Part shown: positions 1 through 9,553 of the stretch, one piece after another
How positions within the stretch are numbered: the stretch's first letter is position 1
Layout of the letters: each line of letters opens with the position of its first letter
IMG/VR virus record: IMGVR_UViG_2681813155_000011
Strand: one strand, 5' to 3'
DNA length: 36,508 nucleotides
From: a virus
Taxonomy: Duplodnaviria > Heunggongvirae > Uroviricota > Caudoviricetes
Made by a program: the position numbers and the translations under genes
The notes under the pieces: generated by a model
What the model was told of the DNA's origin: nothing
What the model saw: the letters and a program-made list of their open reading frames with translations, nothing else
Database searches by the model: none

Positions 1-483
1 ATGACGAAGAAAAAAGCACATAAACCTGGTTCAGCGACCATCGCGCTTAACAAGCGCGCCCGTCACGAATACTTTATCGAAGAAGAGTTCGAAGCGGGAC
101 TTGCCCTGCAAGGCTGGGAAGTTAAATCCCTGCGCGCAGGAAAAGCCAATATCAGCGACAGCTACGTCCTTCTGCGTGACGGAGAGGCATTTCTGTTTGG
201 CGCTAACATCACGCCAATGGCCGTGGCCTCCACGCATGTGGTGTGCGATCCTACCCGTACCCGCAAGTTACTTCTCAACCAGCGCGAACTGGACTCATTG
301 TACGGTCGCGTCAATCGAGAAGGCTATACCGTAGTGGCGCTCTCCCTGTACTGGAAAAATGCCTGGTGCAAAGTGAAAATCGGCGTCGCCAAAGGTAAAA
401 AACAGCACGATAAACGTTCAGATATCAAAGAACGCGAATGGCAGGTGGATAAAGCACGCATCATGAAAAACGCCCACCGTTAA
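1..483 (+). CDS. smpB: SsrA-binding protein SmpB
   Basis: 160-aa ORF whose sequence ([56 protein letters not shown]...) I recognise as enterobacterial SmpB; sits immediately upstream of ssrA as in E. coli. Confidence 0.93.
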
Positions 484-697
484 ACCTGCACTCCAATTAT
501 TGACCAGTTCCTCACCGCGCCTCCCTCTCCGGCGGCGCGAATGAACATCTTATTGGCTATCACATCCGACACAAATGTTGCCATCCCATTGCTTAATCGA
601 ATAAAAATCAGGCTACATGGGTGCTAAATCTTTAACGATAACGCCATTGAGGCTGGTCATGGCGCTCATAAATCTGGTATACTTACCTTTACACATT

Positions 698-1060
698 GGG
701 GCTGATTCTGGATTCGACGGGATTTGCGAAACCCAAGGTGCATGCCGAGGGGCGGTTGGCCTCGTAAAAAGCCGCAAAAAATAGTCGCAAACGACGAAAA
801 CTACGCTTTAGCAGCTTAATAACCTGCTTAGAGCCCTCTCTCCCTAGCCTCCGCTCTTAGGACGGGGATCAAGAGAGGTCAAACCCAAAAGAGATCGCGT
901 GGAAGCCCTGCCTGGGGTTGAAGCGTTAAAACTTAATCAGGCTAGTTTGTTAGTGGCGTGTCCGTCCGCAGCTGGCAAGCGAATGTAAAGACTGACTAAG
1001 CATGTAGTACCGAGGATGTAGGAATTTCGGACGCGGGTTCAACTCCCGCCAGCTCCACCA
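698..1060 (+). ncRNA. ssrA: tmRNA (SsrA), 363 nt
   Basis: Starts GGGGCTGATTCTGGATTCGACGGG and ends ...GGTTCAACTCCCGCCAGCTCCACCA, matching E. coli ssrA as I recall it; the 3' end is the prophage attachment site. Confidence 0.9.
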
Positions 1061-1062
1061 AA
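1016..1062. repeat. attL: 47-bp direct repeat (3' end of ssrA)
   Basis: atgtaggaatttcggacgcgggttcaactcccgccagctccaccaaa is repeated exactly at 34121..34167; read directly from the sequence. Confidence 0.85.
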
Positions 1063-1070
1063 TAAATCAA

Positions 1071-1099
1071 GGGGTTACGTGAAAGCGTAGCCCCTTTTT
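1071..1099 (+). terminator. Rho-independent terminator after ssrA, supplied by prophage DNA
   Basis: ggggttacg-tgaaag-cgtagcccc hairpin (one G-U wobble) followed by ttttt. Confidence 0.6.
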
Positions 1100-1183
1100 C
1101 TTAGGTAGTGGCGGCAAAATGGCGACAGACTTTTGCGTCCATCTTGCCTGTCGCCATCTTGAAATCATGCAAAGAGGTTTGAC

Positions 1184-1666
1184 ATGGAAGAACTTCACTT
1201 TGTTTACATCAATGCAAATGGTCGTATCGGTGTTCACTCAATACAGAGCATCAGTTATAGCGAAAATCACATACAGGGCATTTGTAAGAACACCGATCGA
1301 ATAAAAACCTTCCGAAAAGACCGCATTCTTAAACAATACGATTCACAAGAACAAGCCATTCAGGAATGCGCGTCATTCCTCCCCGAAAACTACTCACATC
1401 TCACTAAGCAGTCAGGTCCGAAAAAAAATACATTCGATGTGTGTTTCACCGGATTTAAGAAAGCAGATAAAGAAAGGTTGGTTGATAAGGCGAATGAACA
1501 AGGATTAACGGTAAGAACATCTGTAACCCAAAACCTTCAGATGCTCTGTTGCGGTTACAATGCAGGCCCATCAAAAGTATCGGCAGCCAGGATGAAAGGC
1601 ACTATCATCATAGATGAGCCTGGCTTTATACATTTTCTTGAAACGGGTGAGATCCCAGATGAATAA
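1184..1666 (+). CDS. Cargo protein with WYL-like N-terminal and BRCT-like C-terminal domain (function unknown)
   Basis: 160 aa, AGAGG 8 nt upstream of ATG. N-terminus ...HIQGICKNTDRIKTFRKDRIL resembles the WYL-domain end motif (R-x-FRLDRI). C-terminus DVCFTGFKKADKERLVDKANEQGLTVRTSVTQNLQMLCCGYNAGPSKVSAARMKGTIIIDE aligns by eye with the LigA-type BRCT fold pattern. Confidence 0.5.
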   Translation: MEELHFVYINANGRIGVHSIQSISYSENHIQGICKNTDRIKTFRKDRILKQYDSQEQAIQECASFLPENYSHLTKQSGPKKNTFDVCFTGFKKADKERLVDKANEQGLTVRTSVTQNLQMLCCGYNAGPSKVSAARMKGTIIIDEPGFIHFLETGEIPDE

Positions 1667-1692
1667 AAACCTGCCGTAGCAGGTTCTCTTTC

Positions 1693-1911
1693 TTAAAAAT
1701 TCATATGGCCCTGACCACCTGGCAATGGATGTGGAGGGGCTGTGGCAATCACTGCAGGTGTCACAATAAACCGGACCACTGTTTCATGGGTAACAAAAGT
1801 GCTCCCGCAGTTAATATTTTGGCACTGGCAGTAACGCTCTTTGGTGCTTTCTGTTACTTGAAAACTGCTCCTTGTGTGCGCCGCATGACCACACTTTGGA
1901 CAATTCATCAT
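1693..1911 (-). CDS. ogr: Ogr/Delta/B-family zinc-finger late-gene activator
   Basis: MMNCPKCGHAAHTRSS...ERYCQCQNINCGSTF...HPLP is the C2C2 Ogr pattern; lies beside gene D as in P2. Start placed at an internal Met of the 87-aa ORF. Confidence 0.75.
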   Translation of the reverse strand: MMNCPKCGHAAHTRSSFQVTESTKERYCQCQNINCGSTFVTHETVVRFIVTPAVIATAPPHPLPGGQGHMNF

Positions 1912-1979
1912 ATCCAGATCCCTACCTTTGCTATCAGAATCATTGCAATGATACACAAAATATCAATATTGAGAACCAT

Positions 1980-3080
1980 TTATTCCATTTCAAGATCACC
2001 AATTTTCACTTCAAGTTCAATACTGGTCGTAAAACCGTTATCCGGGCTGACGGTATGTGTCAGAGTCGTAATGGTCCATTCCGCATCATCTATTGGCTGT
2101 TTAAAGCCACTGACCTTCACAGGCATTTCCGTGTAGAGATCTGCCCGACCTTCCGCCAGTTGTAGCGAGAATGACGCAACACCGCGTTGCAGGCGTTCCC
2201 ACTGCATTTTCGCCGCTCGTTCGGCGTTGCTCCGGTTGGCATAAGTGCGATTAAGTACCAGCACGTTTTCATCCGTCCCCACCAGATAATCGCCCTGCTT
2301 CGCTTCCGGCTCTTTCTTCTGCTTCTTAGTTCTGCGCTTACGCTTCACCGTGGTGCTTTCTTTCTTCGCGGGTTCGCGGGTATGCAACCAGCTGGCAATG
2401 ACGCCCGTATAGGCTCCGCGATCTGCCAGGGTAAAGCGGTGACTGTCGCCGTCCTTACGCGTGATAGTGATCACCGGCAGTGGTTTACCGCTGGCGCTTT
2501 TGCCCTGTCCCTGCCGGATGAATAACAGATTGCCATTTTTCACCGACGCAATAGCACCGTACTGGCGCGCCAGTCGCATCAGAAAACTGCCGTCACTCTC
2601 ATTGGTCTGGTCTATATGTTCCACGGGTTTATCTGACAGGTCTTTACCCAATGCCATCTTCAGTTTGTGCCGTGCAGCTATTTCCTTCACCACTTCCCCA
2701 ACGGTGGTCTTGTGCCACGACTTTTCACGGCGGGTATTCAGCGTTTCACGAAAATCAGCACTTCGCGCCCGGATAGTCAGGCGGTCCGGTGCGCCAGTGT
2801 GTTCAATCTCGTCCACCGTGAATGCCCCTTTCGGGAAAAGCGGCTGCCCCTTCCAGCCCAGCGCCAGCGTAATAACCGCACCACGGCGCGGCAGCACGAT
2901 TTTTCCGTCGGCGTCGTCCAGCTCCAGATCAAGCTGGTCTGCTTCAAAGCCCCGATTGTCCGTCAGCGTCAAACTCATCAGGCGGTTATCCAGCACAGTG
3001 GTGATATCCCTGCCCTCAATACTGATGCTGCATGCGGGAGTTTTGTTGCCTTTGTTAAGCAGTTCAGAGCTGAAATTCAC
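1980..3080 (-). CDS. D: P2 gpD-like tail protein
   Basis: 366 aa, size and position (after U, before ogr) as in P2; 4-bp overlap with U. Confidence 0.75.
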   Translation of the reverse strand: MNFSSELLNKGNKTPACSISIEGRDITTVLDNRLMSLTLTDNRGFEADQLDLELDDADGKIVLPRRGAVITLALGWKGQPLFPKGAFTVDEIEHTGAPDRLTIRARSADFRETLNTRREKSWHKTTVGEVVKEIAARHKLKMALGKDLSDKPVEHIDQTNESDGSFLMRLARQYGAIASVKNGNLLFIRQGQGKSASGKPLPVITITRKDGDSHRFTLADRGAYTGVIASWLHTREPAKKESTTVKRKRRTKKQKKEPEAKQGDYLVGTDENVLVLNRTYANRSNAERAAKMQWERLQRGVASFSLQLAEGRADLYTEMPVKVSGFKQPIDDAEWTITTLTHTVSPDNGFTTSIELEVKIGDLEME

Positions 3081-3562
3081 GACAGCAGCCCTCCCACCGT
3101 TTTACTGATATCGCTTAAGGCAGACGTTGCCGTGTCCTGCAGATTATTCAGTTGCGCACTGAGATCACCGAACATATCGGACAGGGATTCATCCACCCGT
3201 TTGAGCGACAGGGTGAACTCAATCCGGCGCGGCATACCGTCGCGGAAAAACTCCGTTTTAGTCTGATTCAGTCCCTCAATCACATACATGCCGTAAATCG
3301 TGCCGCTGCCTTCAATCAGGGGCCATGCTTTCCCCTGTTCTGCCATCTGCTCCAGTACCAGCAACGACAGCCTGCCGCCTGTTATCTCCGGCATAAGAAC
3401 ACCAGAAAGCGTCAGCATGTCGTTGTCCGGTCCCAGAAACTGCGTGGACGGACGTCGGTTGACCCGGCTGTTTGCCGCATGTCGCCAGCTGCGTTGATAC
3501 TGCAGTTCCTGATACGGCACAGTGCGCAGCATAAACACGTACAATCCCAGCACCATCATCAT
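3077..3562 (-). CDS. U: P2 gpU-like tail protein
   Basis: 161 aa, between T and D, overlapping both; P2 synteny. Confidence 0.75.
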   Translation of the reverse strand: MMMVLGLYVFMLRTVPYQELQYQRSWRHAANSRVNRRPSTQFLGPDNDMLTLSGVLMPEITGGRLSLLVLEQMAEQGKAWPLIEGSGTIYGMYVIEGLNQTKTEFFRDGMPRRIEFTLSLKRVDESLSDMFGDLSAQLNNLQDTATSALSDISKTVGGLLS

Positions 3563-6500
3563 GCGTCGTATCCCCCCTGATCGCTGTAGTTACTCCTAGC
3601 TTTTGCCTTCAGCCTGCGTTCACGTTCATCAAGCTGGCGTGCCACCTCCCGCGCAATATCCTGCGCACTTTGTCCTGGCTGCGTCTGGATGATGATCTGC
3701 GTCGGTGCCTCAATCCGTTGAGCGGGCGGCACAGTGGCTGCACGACTCACCATCGCTTCGCCGCCTTTCGCGGGAAGTGCCAAAGGATGTAACGGCGGAA
3801 GCTCTGCAGGCGCGGCAGCAACGCCCATCATTCCGGCAACAACGGCAGCCAGTGCAGCTGTATTTCTCCGACTGGTCACGTTTGCCGGACCGTTGACAAT
3901 TTCAGGCCCGTTTTCACCGACAATGCCGAACTGCCCGCGCGGGATATAGCCGCCGCTGTCATACATCCCCGCAAAGCCATATCCCCATGACGGAAAACCA
4001 CCCGATGGCATCATCACTTTACCGTCTGCATTCACCGTCGCAGGTTGCTGACGCGTCACGCTTTCCGGCAGTTTCGCCTTTGCAGCCTCTTTACTGACAA
4101 TACCGAGTTTCTCCAGCAACCAGGAAACGCCGGATTTCAGGGAGTCCAACGGATGCATGACCATATTCAGCCCTTCCGCCAGTGCCTCCCCGAATCGTCG
4201 CCCCATTGCCGCTGCGCTCTGCAGTTCGGCAGAGGTCGACTTAACAGGCGTCAGCAGATCAGTAAACCAGCCCCACAACGCCTGTACTTTGTCGCCAATC
4301 CACTGGAACACGGGCTTAAGCGGTTCGAATGCAGCACTGATGGGACCTGCCGCCGCTTTGAATCCTTCCACCACGCCACCGAGAAATGCGGTGATGGGTT
4401 GCCAGTATTTCCAGACAACCAGCGCCACGCCCGCCAGTGCAGTAACCACAAGACCTATCGGACTGAGCAGAGCACCTAACAGACCAGATACGGCATACAG
4501 GGCAACGCGCAGCATCGCCAGCGGACCGGATGCCAGCACACGCAGCACCGCGCCTGCGGCAGCCAGTCCACCGCGTAGTGCTGCCAGTGGATTCATAAAC
4601 ATCACAGCAACCGCACGTAAACCGGATAATCCAGACCGCAACAGTGCAACCGGCACACCTGCTACAGTTTTCAGGACATTCCCCGTCAGTGATGCGGTGC
4701 GGCGCAAAGACGACAACGGCGCAGTAAGTAAACCCGCTGCGTTGCCCGATGAAGCAAGCCCGCGTCGCAGCAGTGCCAGTGGAGCGCCAGCTAACCAGGA
4801 CAACGCGCTGCTGGTTCGTGTTACTGCTGCCGTAACGGAAGGTAACGTTTTGATACCCAGCACAGAGAATCCCAGACGGATGACTGCCAGCGGCCCCAGC
4901 ACTGCAGCCAGCGCCACCGCTAAGGTGCCGAGGCCTACGGTAACCGCAGCCACAACAGCCGCTACTTTCATCAGTGTGCCTGTCAGTTCCGGGTTAGCTT
5001 CCACCCAGCGGCGCAACGCCCCCGTGATGCTTTTTACCGTGTACAGAATATCCATCAGCGGCTGGCGCAGCGTTTCGCCCAGGCTGCTGAAGGTGTTCTG
5101 CGCTCCGGTTTTGACCAGCAACCACTGAGCGGAAAGTGAGTCTTTGTTGATGTCGGATTCTTTCTGCATGGAACCGAGCGCATCATTGCCCGCTGTCAGT
5201 TTTAGCTGGCGCTGCAGTTCCGGAAGGTTGTTTGCCAGTTTCGCTGCATCATCACCAAACTCTTTACCAAACAACATGGTCATGGCAGACAGACGCTTGT
5301 CCTGCGGCAGTGCGTTCACCTTCTCCAGCACACGCTGGATAGTTCCCATCGCATCCTTCGTCATCTGCTTTTCAATCACTTCAGGATTGAGTTTCAGCAG
5401 ATTCATCCCTTCAAAGAAACTCTTACTTTGCATGGTGGCAATGGACAATTCACGCACCATCGCGTTTGCTGCACTGGCAGCAACCTCCGGCGCAGCGCCC
5501 AGTGTCAGGAAGGTGGAACCCAGCGCCGCCGCTTTACGATAATCCAGACGATCTGCCACACCGCCCAGGCGTTGCATGACATCAATGATGTCTGACCCTT
5601 TCGACATGGCGTTATCATCCAGATAGTTCAGCGCATCACCGAGCTGTTCAATATTGCGGGTAGGGATTTTGTAGAGCTGGGCGATTTTCCCCAGACTTTC
5701 TGACAGTTCATCCGCTGGCAGCTCAAAGGCTGTTGCCGCCTTTGCTGCCGTGCTGGCGAAGGCCAGCAGGTCACGTTTCTGGTCTTCCCAGCTGTCGTCA
5801 GGATTTGCGACGTTCATGCGCGCACCACCTTCAACAAGTGCGGCAAAGTCCACAGCACCGTTTTCCATCGGCAACTGTTCGCTGGCAGCCTTGATGGCAT
5901 CCTGCATTTCGTAAAAACGCGCAGTGCGGTTGCCATTATCATCACGCAGACCATTGACCTGCTTTGCCACACCTTTCATGGCATCTTCCATGCTGGTATA
6001 GCTTTTTACTGCTGCCATCACTGGCGCACCCATTGCCAGCCCTGCAGCCGTGGTAGTGGCTCCGGCTCCTGCGATGCGATCGCGCACTTCAAGCCGTCTT
6101 GAGTATTGTTCTCTGGCAGCGTTCATCCGTGCCTGTTGTTCACCCAGACGTTTAAGTGCTTTTTGCTGGCCCTCCAGTGCCTGCCTTGTTTCTTCAGCAT
6201 TTTTCTTAAGTTCTCGCTGGGCACTACTGAGTTGTCTGGTATCAATCCCTGATTCTTTAAGTGCCTGACGTTGTCTCTGGACCGCCCCCAACAAGCCGTT
6301 ATAGGTCTGCTGAAGTTCCTGTACTCGTGTTTTGGCCTGACTGAATAACTTTGCCTGCGCGGCGGTTGGCCTGTTAGTGGCAGCAAATTGTGTGGCGAGT
6401 TTTGCCGCCTCTTCGCGGGCTGCGTTCAGGTTGTTGGCTGTTATGGCTAGTTGCGAGCGCGTCTTGCGAAATTCATCAATTCTGCCAGCCTGCTTATTCA

Positions 6501-6636
6501 GTTCTTTGAGGCTGTTTCGGGTATTCTGAATTGCGCCAGCCAGCTCTTTCGAACTGGCCTGTGCAACACGGAATGGGCGGGTGAGTTTGTCAACCGCATT
6601 AAGAATGACCTGCAGCCGCAGGTTGTTATCACTCAT
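3559..6636 (-). CDS. T: Tail tape-measure protein (gpT-like)
   Basis: 1025 aa, coiled-coil-rich N-terminus and Ala/Gly/Leu-rich hydrophobic middle typical of tape-measure proteins; directly downstream of E/E'. Confidence 0.85.
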   Translation of the reverse strand: MSDNNLRLQVILNAVDKLTRPFRVAQASSKELAGAIQNTRNSLKELNKQAGRIDEFRKTRSQLAITANNLNAAREEAAKLATQFAATNRPTAAQAKLFSQAKTRVQELQQTYNGLLGAVQRQRQALKESGIDTRQLSSAQRELKKNAEETRQALEGQQKALKRLGEQQARMNAAREQYSRRLEVRDRIAGAGATTTAAGLAMGAPVMAAVKSYTSMEDAMKGVAKQVNGLRDDNGNRTARFYEMQDAIKAASEQLPMENGAVDFAALVEGGARMNVANPDDSWEDQKRDLLAFASTAAKAATAFELPADELSESLGKIAQLYKIPTRNIEQLGDALNYLDDNAMSKGSDIIDVMQRLGGVADRLDYRKAAALGSTFLTLGAAPEVAASAANAMVRELSIATMQSKSFFEGMNLLKLNPEVIEKQMTKDAMGTIQRVLEKVNALPQDKRLSAMTMLFGKEFGDDAAKLANNLPELQRQLKLTAGNDALGSMQKESDINKDSLSAQWLLVKTGAQNTFSSLGETLRQPLMDILYTVKSITGALRRWVEANPELTGTLMKVAAVVAAVTVGLGTLAVALAAVLGPLAVIRLGFSVLGIKTLPSVTAAVTRTSSALSWLAGAPLALLRRGLASSGNAAGLLTAPLSSLRRTASLTGNVLKTVAGVPVALLRSGLSGLRAVAVMFMNPLAALRGGLAAAGAVLRVLASGPLAMLRVALYAVSGLLGALLSPIGLVVTALAGVALVVWKYWQPITAFLGGVVEGFKAAAGPISAAFEPLKPVFQWIGDKVQALWGWFTDLLTPVKSTSAELQSAAAMGRRFGEALAEGLNMVMHPLDSLKSGVSWLLEKLGIVSKEAAKAKLPESVTRQQPATVNADGKVMMPSGGFPSWGYGFAGMYDSGGYIPRGQFGIVGENGPEIVNGPANVTSRRNTAALAAVVAGMMGVAAAPAELPPLHPLALPAKGGEAMVSRAATVPPAQRIEAPTQIIIQTQPGQSAQDIAREVARQLDERERRLKAKARSNYSDQGGYDA

Positions 6637-7065
6637 CGTTGGCCCCGCTTCTCTGAATCGCTTTATACCGCCATTCCAGCACTTCGGTCAGCGGCATAAC
6701 GTCAGTAACGGATGGCGGCCAGTGAAAGATGGTGGCGATATCAGCCACCAGATCGTCAACCGTCAGGCTGTCGGTAAACCGGCAAGCACCGACTTCTTCA
6801 ACAAAAAAGTGACAACCTCAACCGACATGGCAGTGAGATCTGCCGGGTCCATCTCTGCAATTTCCTGTGCAGTCAGTGCCGGACTGGAGATACGGGGGAT
6901 CACGGTCATCATCGCGTTCACATCCATATCCATAATGGCCTGCAGGCGTGTACCGCGCAGCGCACCGGACTGCGGTTTACGCAGCACAATTTCGGTGATT
7001 TCTGTTTTACCGCGCTTGATGGGGGTATCCAGTTGAATAGTCTTTTCAGTCTGCTTATCGCTCAT
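6629..7065 (-). CDS. gpE+E' -1 frameshift product (predicted)
   Basis: Reading by eye, a -1 shift at TTTTTTG (plus-strand 6802..6808) gives an extension that stops overlapping the T start codon (ATGAGTGA), as in P2 E+E'. Confidence 0.5.
6763..7065 (-). CDS. E: Tail assembly chaperone gpE-like
   Basis: 100-aa ORF between FII and T; ends ...TFLLKKSVLAGLPTA and contains the slippery heptamer T-TTT-TTG near its 3' end. Confidence 0.75.
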   Translation of the reverse strand: MSDKQTEKTIQLDTPIKRGKTEITEIVLRKPQSGALRGTRLQAIMDMDVNAMMTVIPRISSPALTAQEIAEMDPADLTAMSVEVVTFLLKKSVLAGLPTA

Positions 7066-7119
7066 TTTGCTGTCCTGTAAATTGGGTTCTGGCGCGGTAT
7101 CCCGCGCCGTTCAGATACA

Positions 7120-7635
7120 TCAGAGGCCGAGGGCGTTGCGGTGCGCTTCCATCAGGTCCACACCGTCCACAATTTCCACCATGTTGATAAGGTCCACTTC
7201 ATAGAGCACCTCACCATTGATGGTCAGCTTCGCGTAGCTGTTGGTACTGGTCACTTTGGTGGTGTTGCTTTCGCCCGTCTTCCACTCGCCGGAATCCACT
7301 TCTTTGTGACGTCCACGCACCACAAGCTCCACGGCCTGCACTTCCCCGGTATCGTCACGCTGGATAGAGCCGGTAAAGCGCAGCTGAATGCCATCTACCG
7401 TGGCTTTGCCCATCTGCTTAAACAGCAGCAGTTCAGTACCACCAATGGAAAATTCTGTGTCCAGCGCACTGTCATCAAGCCCCAGATCCACATCCACTGC
7501 ACCCGGCATTCCGCCGCCGCGATACTTCTCATATTTGCGGGTGAATTTCGGCAGCGTCAGCGACTCAACGATCCCCTGCCAGTTGTTCCCGTCGTTAAAC
7601 AGGTTCAGATGTTTTAATTTGCGTGGTAAAGCCAT
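7120..7635 (-). CDS. FII: Tail tube protein (FII-like)
   Basis: 171 aa, directly downstream of the sheath gene; P2 order and size. Confidence 0.8.
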   Translation of the reverse strand: MALPRKLKHLNLFNDGNNWQGIVESLTLPKFTRKYEKYRGGGMPGAVDVDLGLDDSALDTEFSIGGTELLLFKQMGKATVDGIQLRFTGSIQRDDTGEVQAVELVVRGRHKEVDSGEWKTGESNTTKVTSTNSYAKLTINGEVLYEVDLINMVEIVDGVDLMEAHRNALGL

Positions 7636-7644
7636 GTTGTCCCC

Positions 7645-8817
7645 TTACGCGCTGACCTGGCTGGCGAAATTCACCAGGTACTGATCGGTGATGCGCTGGC
7701 GCAGCATCAGATTTTCAAGTGGCGGCACTGGCGTGTAGTCATAGTCGATGGTGAGTTTTCCGGCTTTCAGCGTGTCTTTGTCGTTCACCGACTCATCCAG
7801 CCAGCAATCACCACCAATGAGATAGCCCTGACTGACCAGGCTGCGTATTTTGGCGCGGATACCTTCGATAATGTCGCGGGCCAGCGACGGGTTAAGCGGT
7901 TTATCCACCGCCCACATGTGTGCTTCTGCCATTGTGTCCGTCAGCACCTGCGCCGTGCGGGTGTAGTTTTCGAAGGCAAAAAGCGGATCATCGCTCAGAC
8001 AGCGGGAACCCCAGAAGCGGAAACCGTCTTTACGCACAAGCGTGGTGACGTCGTTCTGGTTCAGCAGACCTGCATCGGTTGCCGGGTCCTGCAGATCCCA
8101 GAACACATCTGCAGAAATTCCGGTGACACCGTTCACGCCCACGTTGGACAGGCTTTTGTGCCACCCGGTCTGCTCATCAATTTTGGCACGCAGACCAAGT
8201 GCACGGGCGGTGGCATATGCCGTTGCTTCGGCATTCAGCACCGTGTCCCAGCCAGTAAAGTTGGGCCAGATCAGCATTCCTTCGCGCTGGCTGAAGTTTT
8301 CACGGTAAGTGATCGCCTCCTGTACCGTCTTGCAGCCATACGCTGACAGGTAAGCAAACCCACGCAGGCTTTGCGCCACGCTCAGCAACTCAGTCGCAAC
8401 GGCTTTGTTATCGTGACCTGGCACGCCGAGAATGCGCGGTTTAACGCCGAGCTGTGACTGGGCAGATAACAGAGCTTTCATGCCTGTTTTTTTACCTTCA
8501 GCAGTCACTGCGCCGATGATATTGGTCGTGGTTTCTTCTTCCGTTTCACCCTGCGGCACACGCACAACAACGGTCACGGGTTTTGCCTGGTCAGCGATGG
8601 CATCCAGCGAACGGGCCAGCGTGCCGGACTCACCCGCTTTACCGCTGGCAGTCAGCACATCAGTGATCAGCACAGGTTTGTTAAGAGGAAACATTTTTGC
8701 ATCGGCATCATCGCCCGTGCAGACCATGCCCACGATGGCGGTGCTCACCGTGGTAATGGATCGGGTGCCTTCGTTGACTTCAACAACGCGCACCCCGTGG
8801 TGGTAATCCTGAGCCAT
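7645..8817 (-). CDS. FI: Contractile tail sheath protein (FI-like)
   Basis: 390 aa, first gene after a TGT-N12-ACA element; size matches P2 FI. Confidence 0.8.
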   Translation of the reverse strand: MAQDYHHGVRVVEVNEGTRSITTVSTAIVGMVCTGDDADAKMFPLNKPVLITDVLTASGKAGESGTLARSLDAIADQAKPVTVVVRVPQGETEEETTTNIIGAVTAEGKKTGMKALLSAQSQLGVKPRILGVPGHDNKAVATELLSVAQSLRGFAYLSAYGCKTVQEAITYRENFSQREGMLIWPNFTGWDTVLNAEATAYATARALGLRAKIDEQTGWHKSLSNVGVNGVTGISADVFWDLQDPATDAGLLNQNDVTTLVRKDGFRFWGSRCLSDDPLFAFENYTRTAQVLTDTMAEAHMWAVDKPLNPSLARDIIEGIRAKIRSLVSQGYLIGGDCWLDESVNDKDTLKAGKLTIDYDYTPVPPLENLMLRQRITDQYLVNFASQVSA

Positions 8818-8893
8818 AGTGGCGAACCTCCTGATTGGATTAGGCTTCGCCCTATGTTGAAGTGATTGTGCCTGACAAACAGCTAAGCGCAGT

Positions 8894-8911
8894 TGTACCG
8901 TTATTCACACA
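8894..8911 (-). promoter_or_regulatory. Candidate Ogr-dependent late promoter element (TGT-N12-ACA) upstream of FI
   Basis: tgtaccgttattcacaca, about 85 bp upstream of the FI start codon. Confidence 0.5.
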
Positions 8912-8959
8912 AAATGACGGTATTTGTCTACTTGCAGGGATAATCAAAATAATGCTGAT

Positions 8960-9532
8960 TCAGGGGGATTCATTACTCTTATTTGCCGGAAATTTTCTAT
9001 AAATTGTGGAAACACCCACATCAAAAATCAGTGCAATACGCTGTCTTGATTCTCCGGCCTCGAGTAAACGCCCAATCTGTGCCCACTGTTCGGTGGTCAA
9101 CTTAGGACGGCGTCCACCTACTCTGCCTTTGGCACGAGCTGCAGCCAGCCCTGCCCTGGTACGTTCAACTATCAGTTCGCGTTCCATTTCAGCCAGGGCA
9201 CCCATGACATGAAAAAAGAAACGGCCCATTGGGGTACTGGTATCAATACTGTCAGTCAGGCTTCGGAAATTCACACCACGCTGGCGCAACTCCTCTATCA
9301 GCGTAACAAGATGCCGCATACTGCGCCCCAACCTGTCCAGCTTCCAGACAACCAGCGTGTCTCCTGCCGATAGTGTCCTGAGCAGCTTTTTCAGCCCCGG
9401 TCTGTCGGACTTAGTGCCACTGATTTTATCCTCAAAAATCCGCTCACATCCCGCGCAGTTCAGTGCATTACGTTGCAAATCGGTGTTCTGGTCATTTGTT
9501 GACACGCGTACATAGCCAATAAGCATGATCAT
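8960..9532 (-). CDS. Serine DNA invertase (Hin/Gin/Cin/Pin family)
   Basis: N-terminus LIGYVRVSTNDQNTDLQRNAL with catalytic-Ser motif and a C-terminal HTH; abuts an invertible tail-fibre segment. Real start may be the third codon. Confidence 0.88.
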   Translation of the reverse strand: MIMLIGYVRVSTNDQNTDLQRNALNCAGCERIFEDKISGTKSDRPGLKKLLRTLSAGDTLVVWKLDRLGRSMRHLVTLIEELRQRGVNFRSLTDSIDTSTPMGRFFFHVMGALAEMERELIVERTRAGLAAARAKGRVGGRRPKLTTEQWAQIGRLLEAGESRQRIALIFDVGVSTIYRKFPANKSNESP

Positions 9533-9553
9533 CCCCCTGAATAAAAACCGGAG

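Noticed and set aside
101-334. 77-aa ORF and a 68-aa minus-strand ORF overlapping smpB
   Set aside because: Alternative-frame and antisense ORFs within a conserved housekeeping gene.
4157-5128. 323-aa plus-strand ORF inside the tape-measure gene
   Set aside because: Antisense to a long, well-supported gene; Ala/Ser/Pro/Arg-rich composition typical of spurious ORFs on the opposite strand of GC-rich coding DNA.
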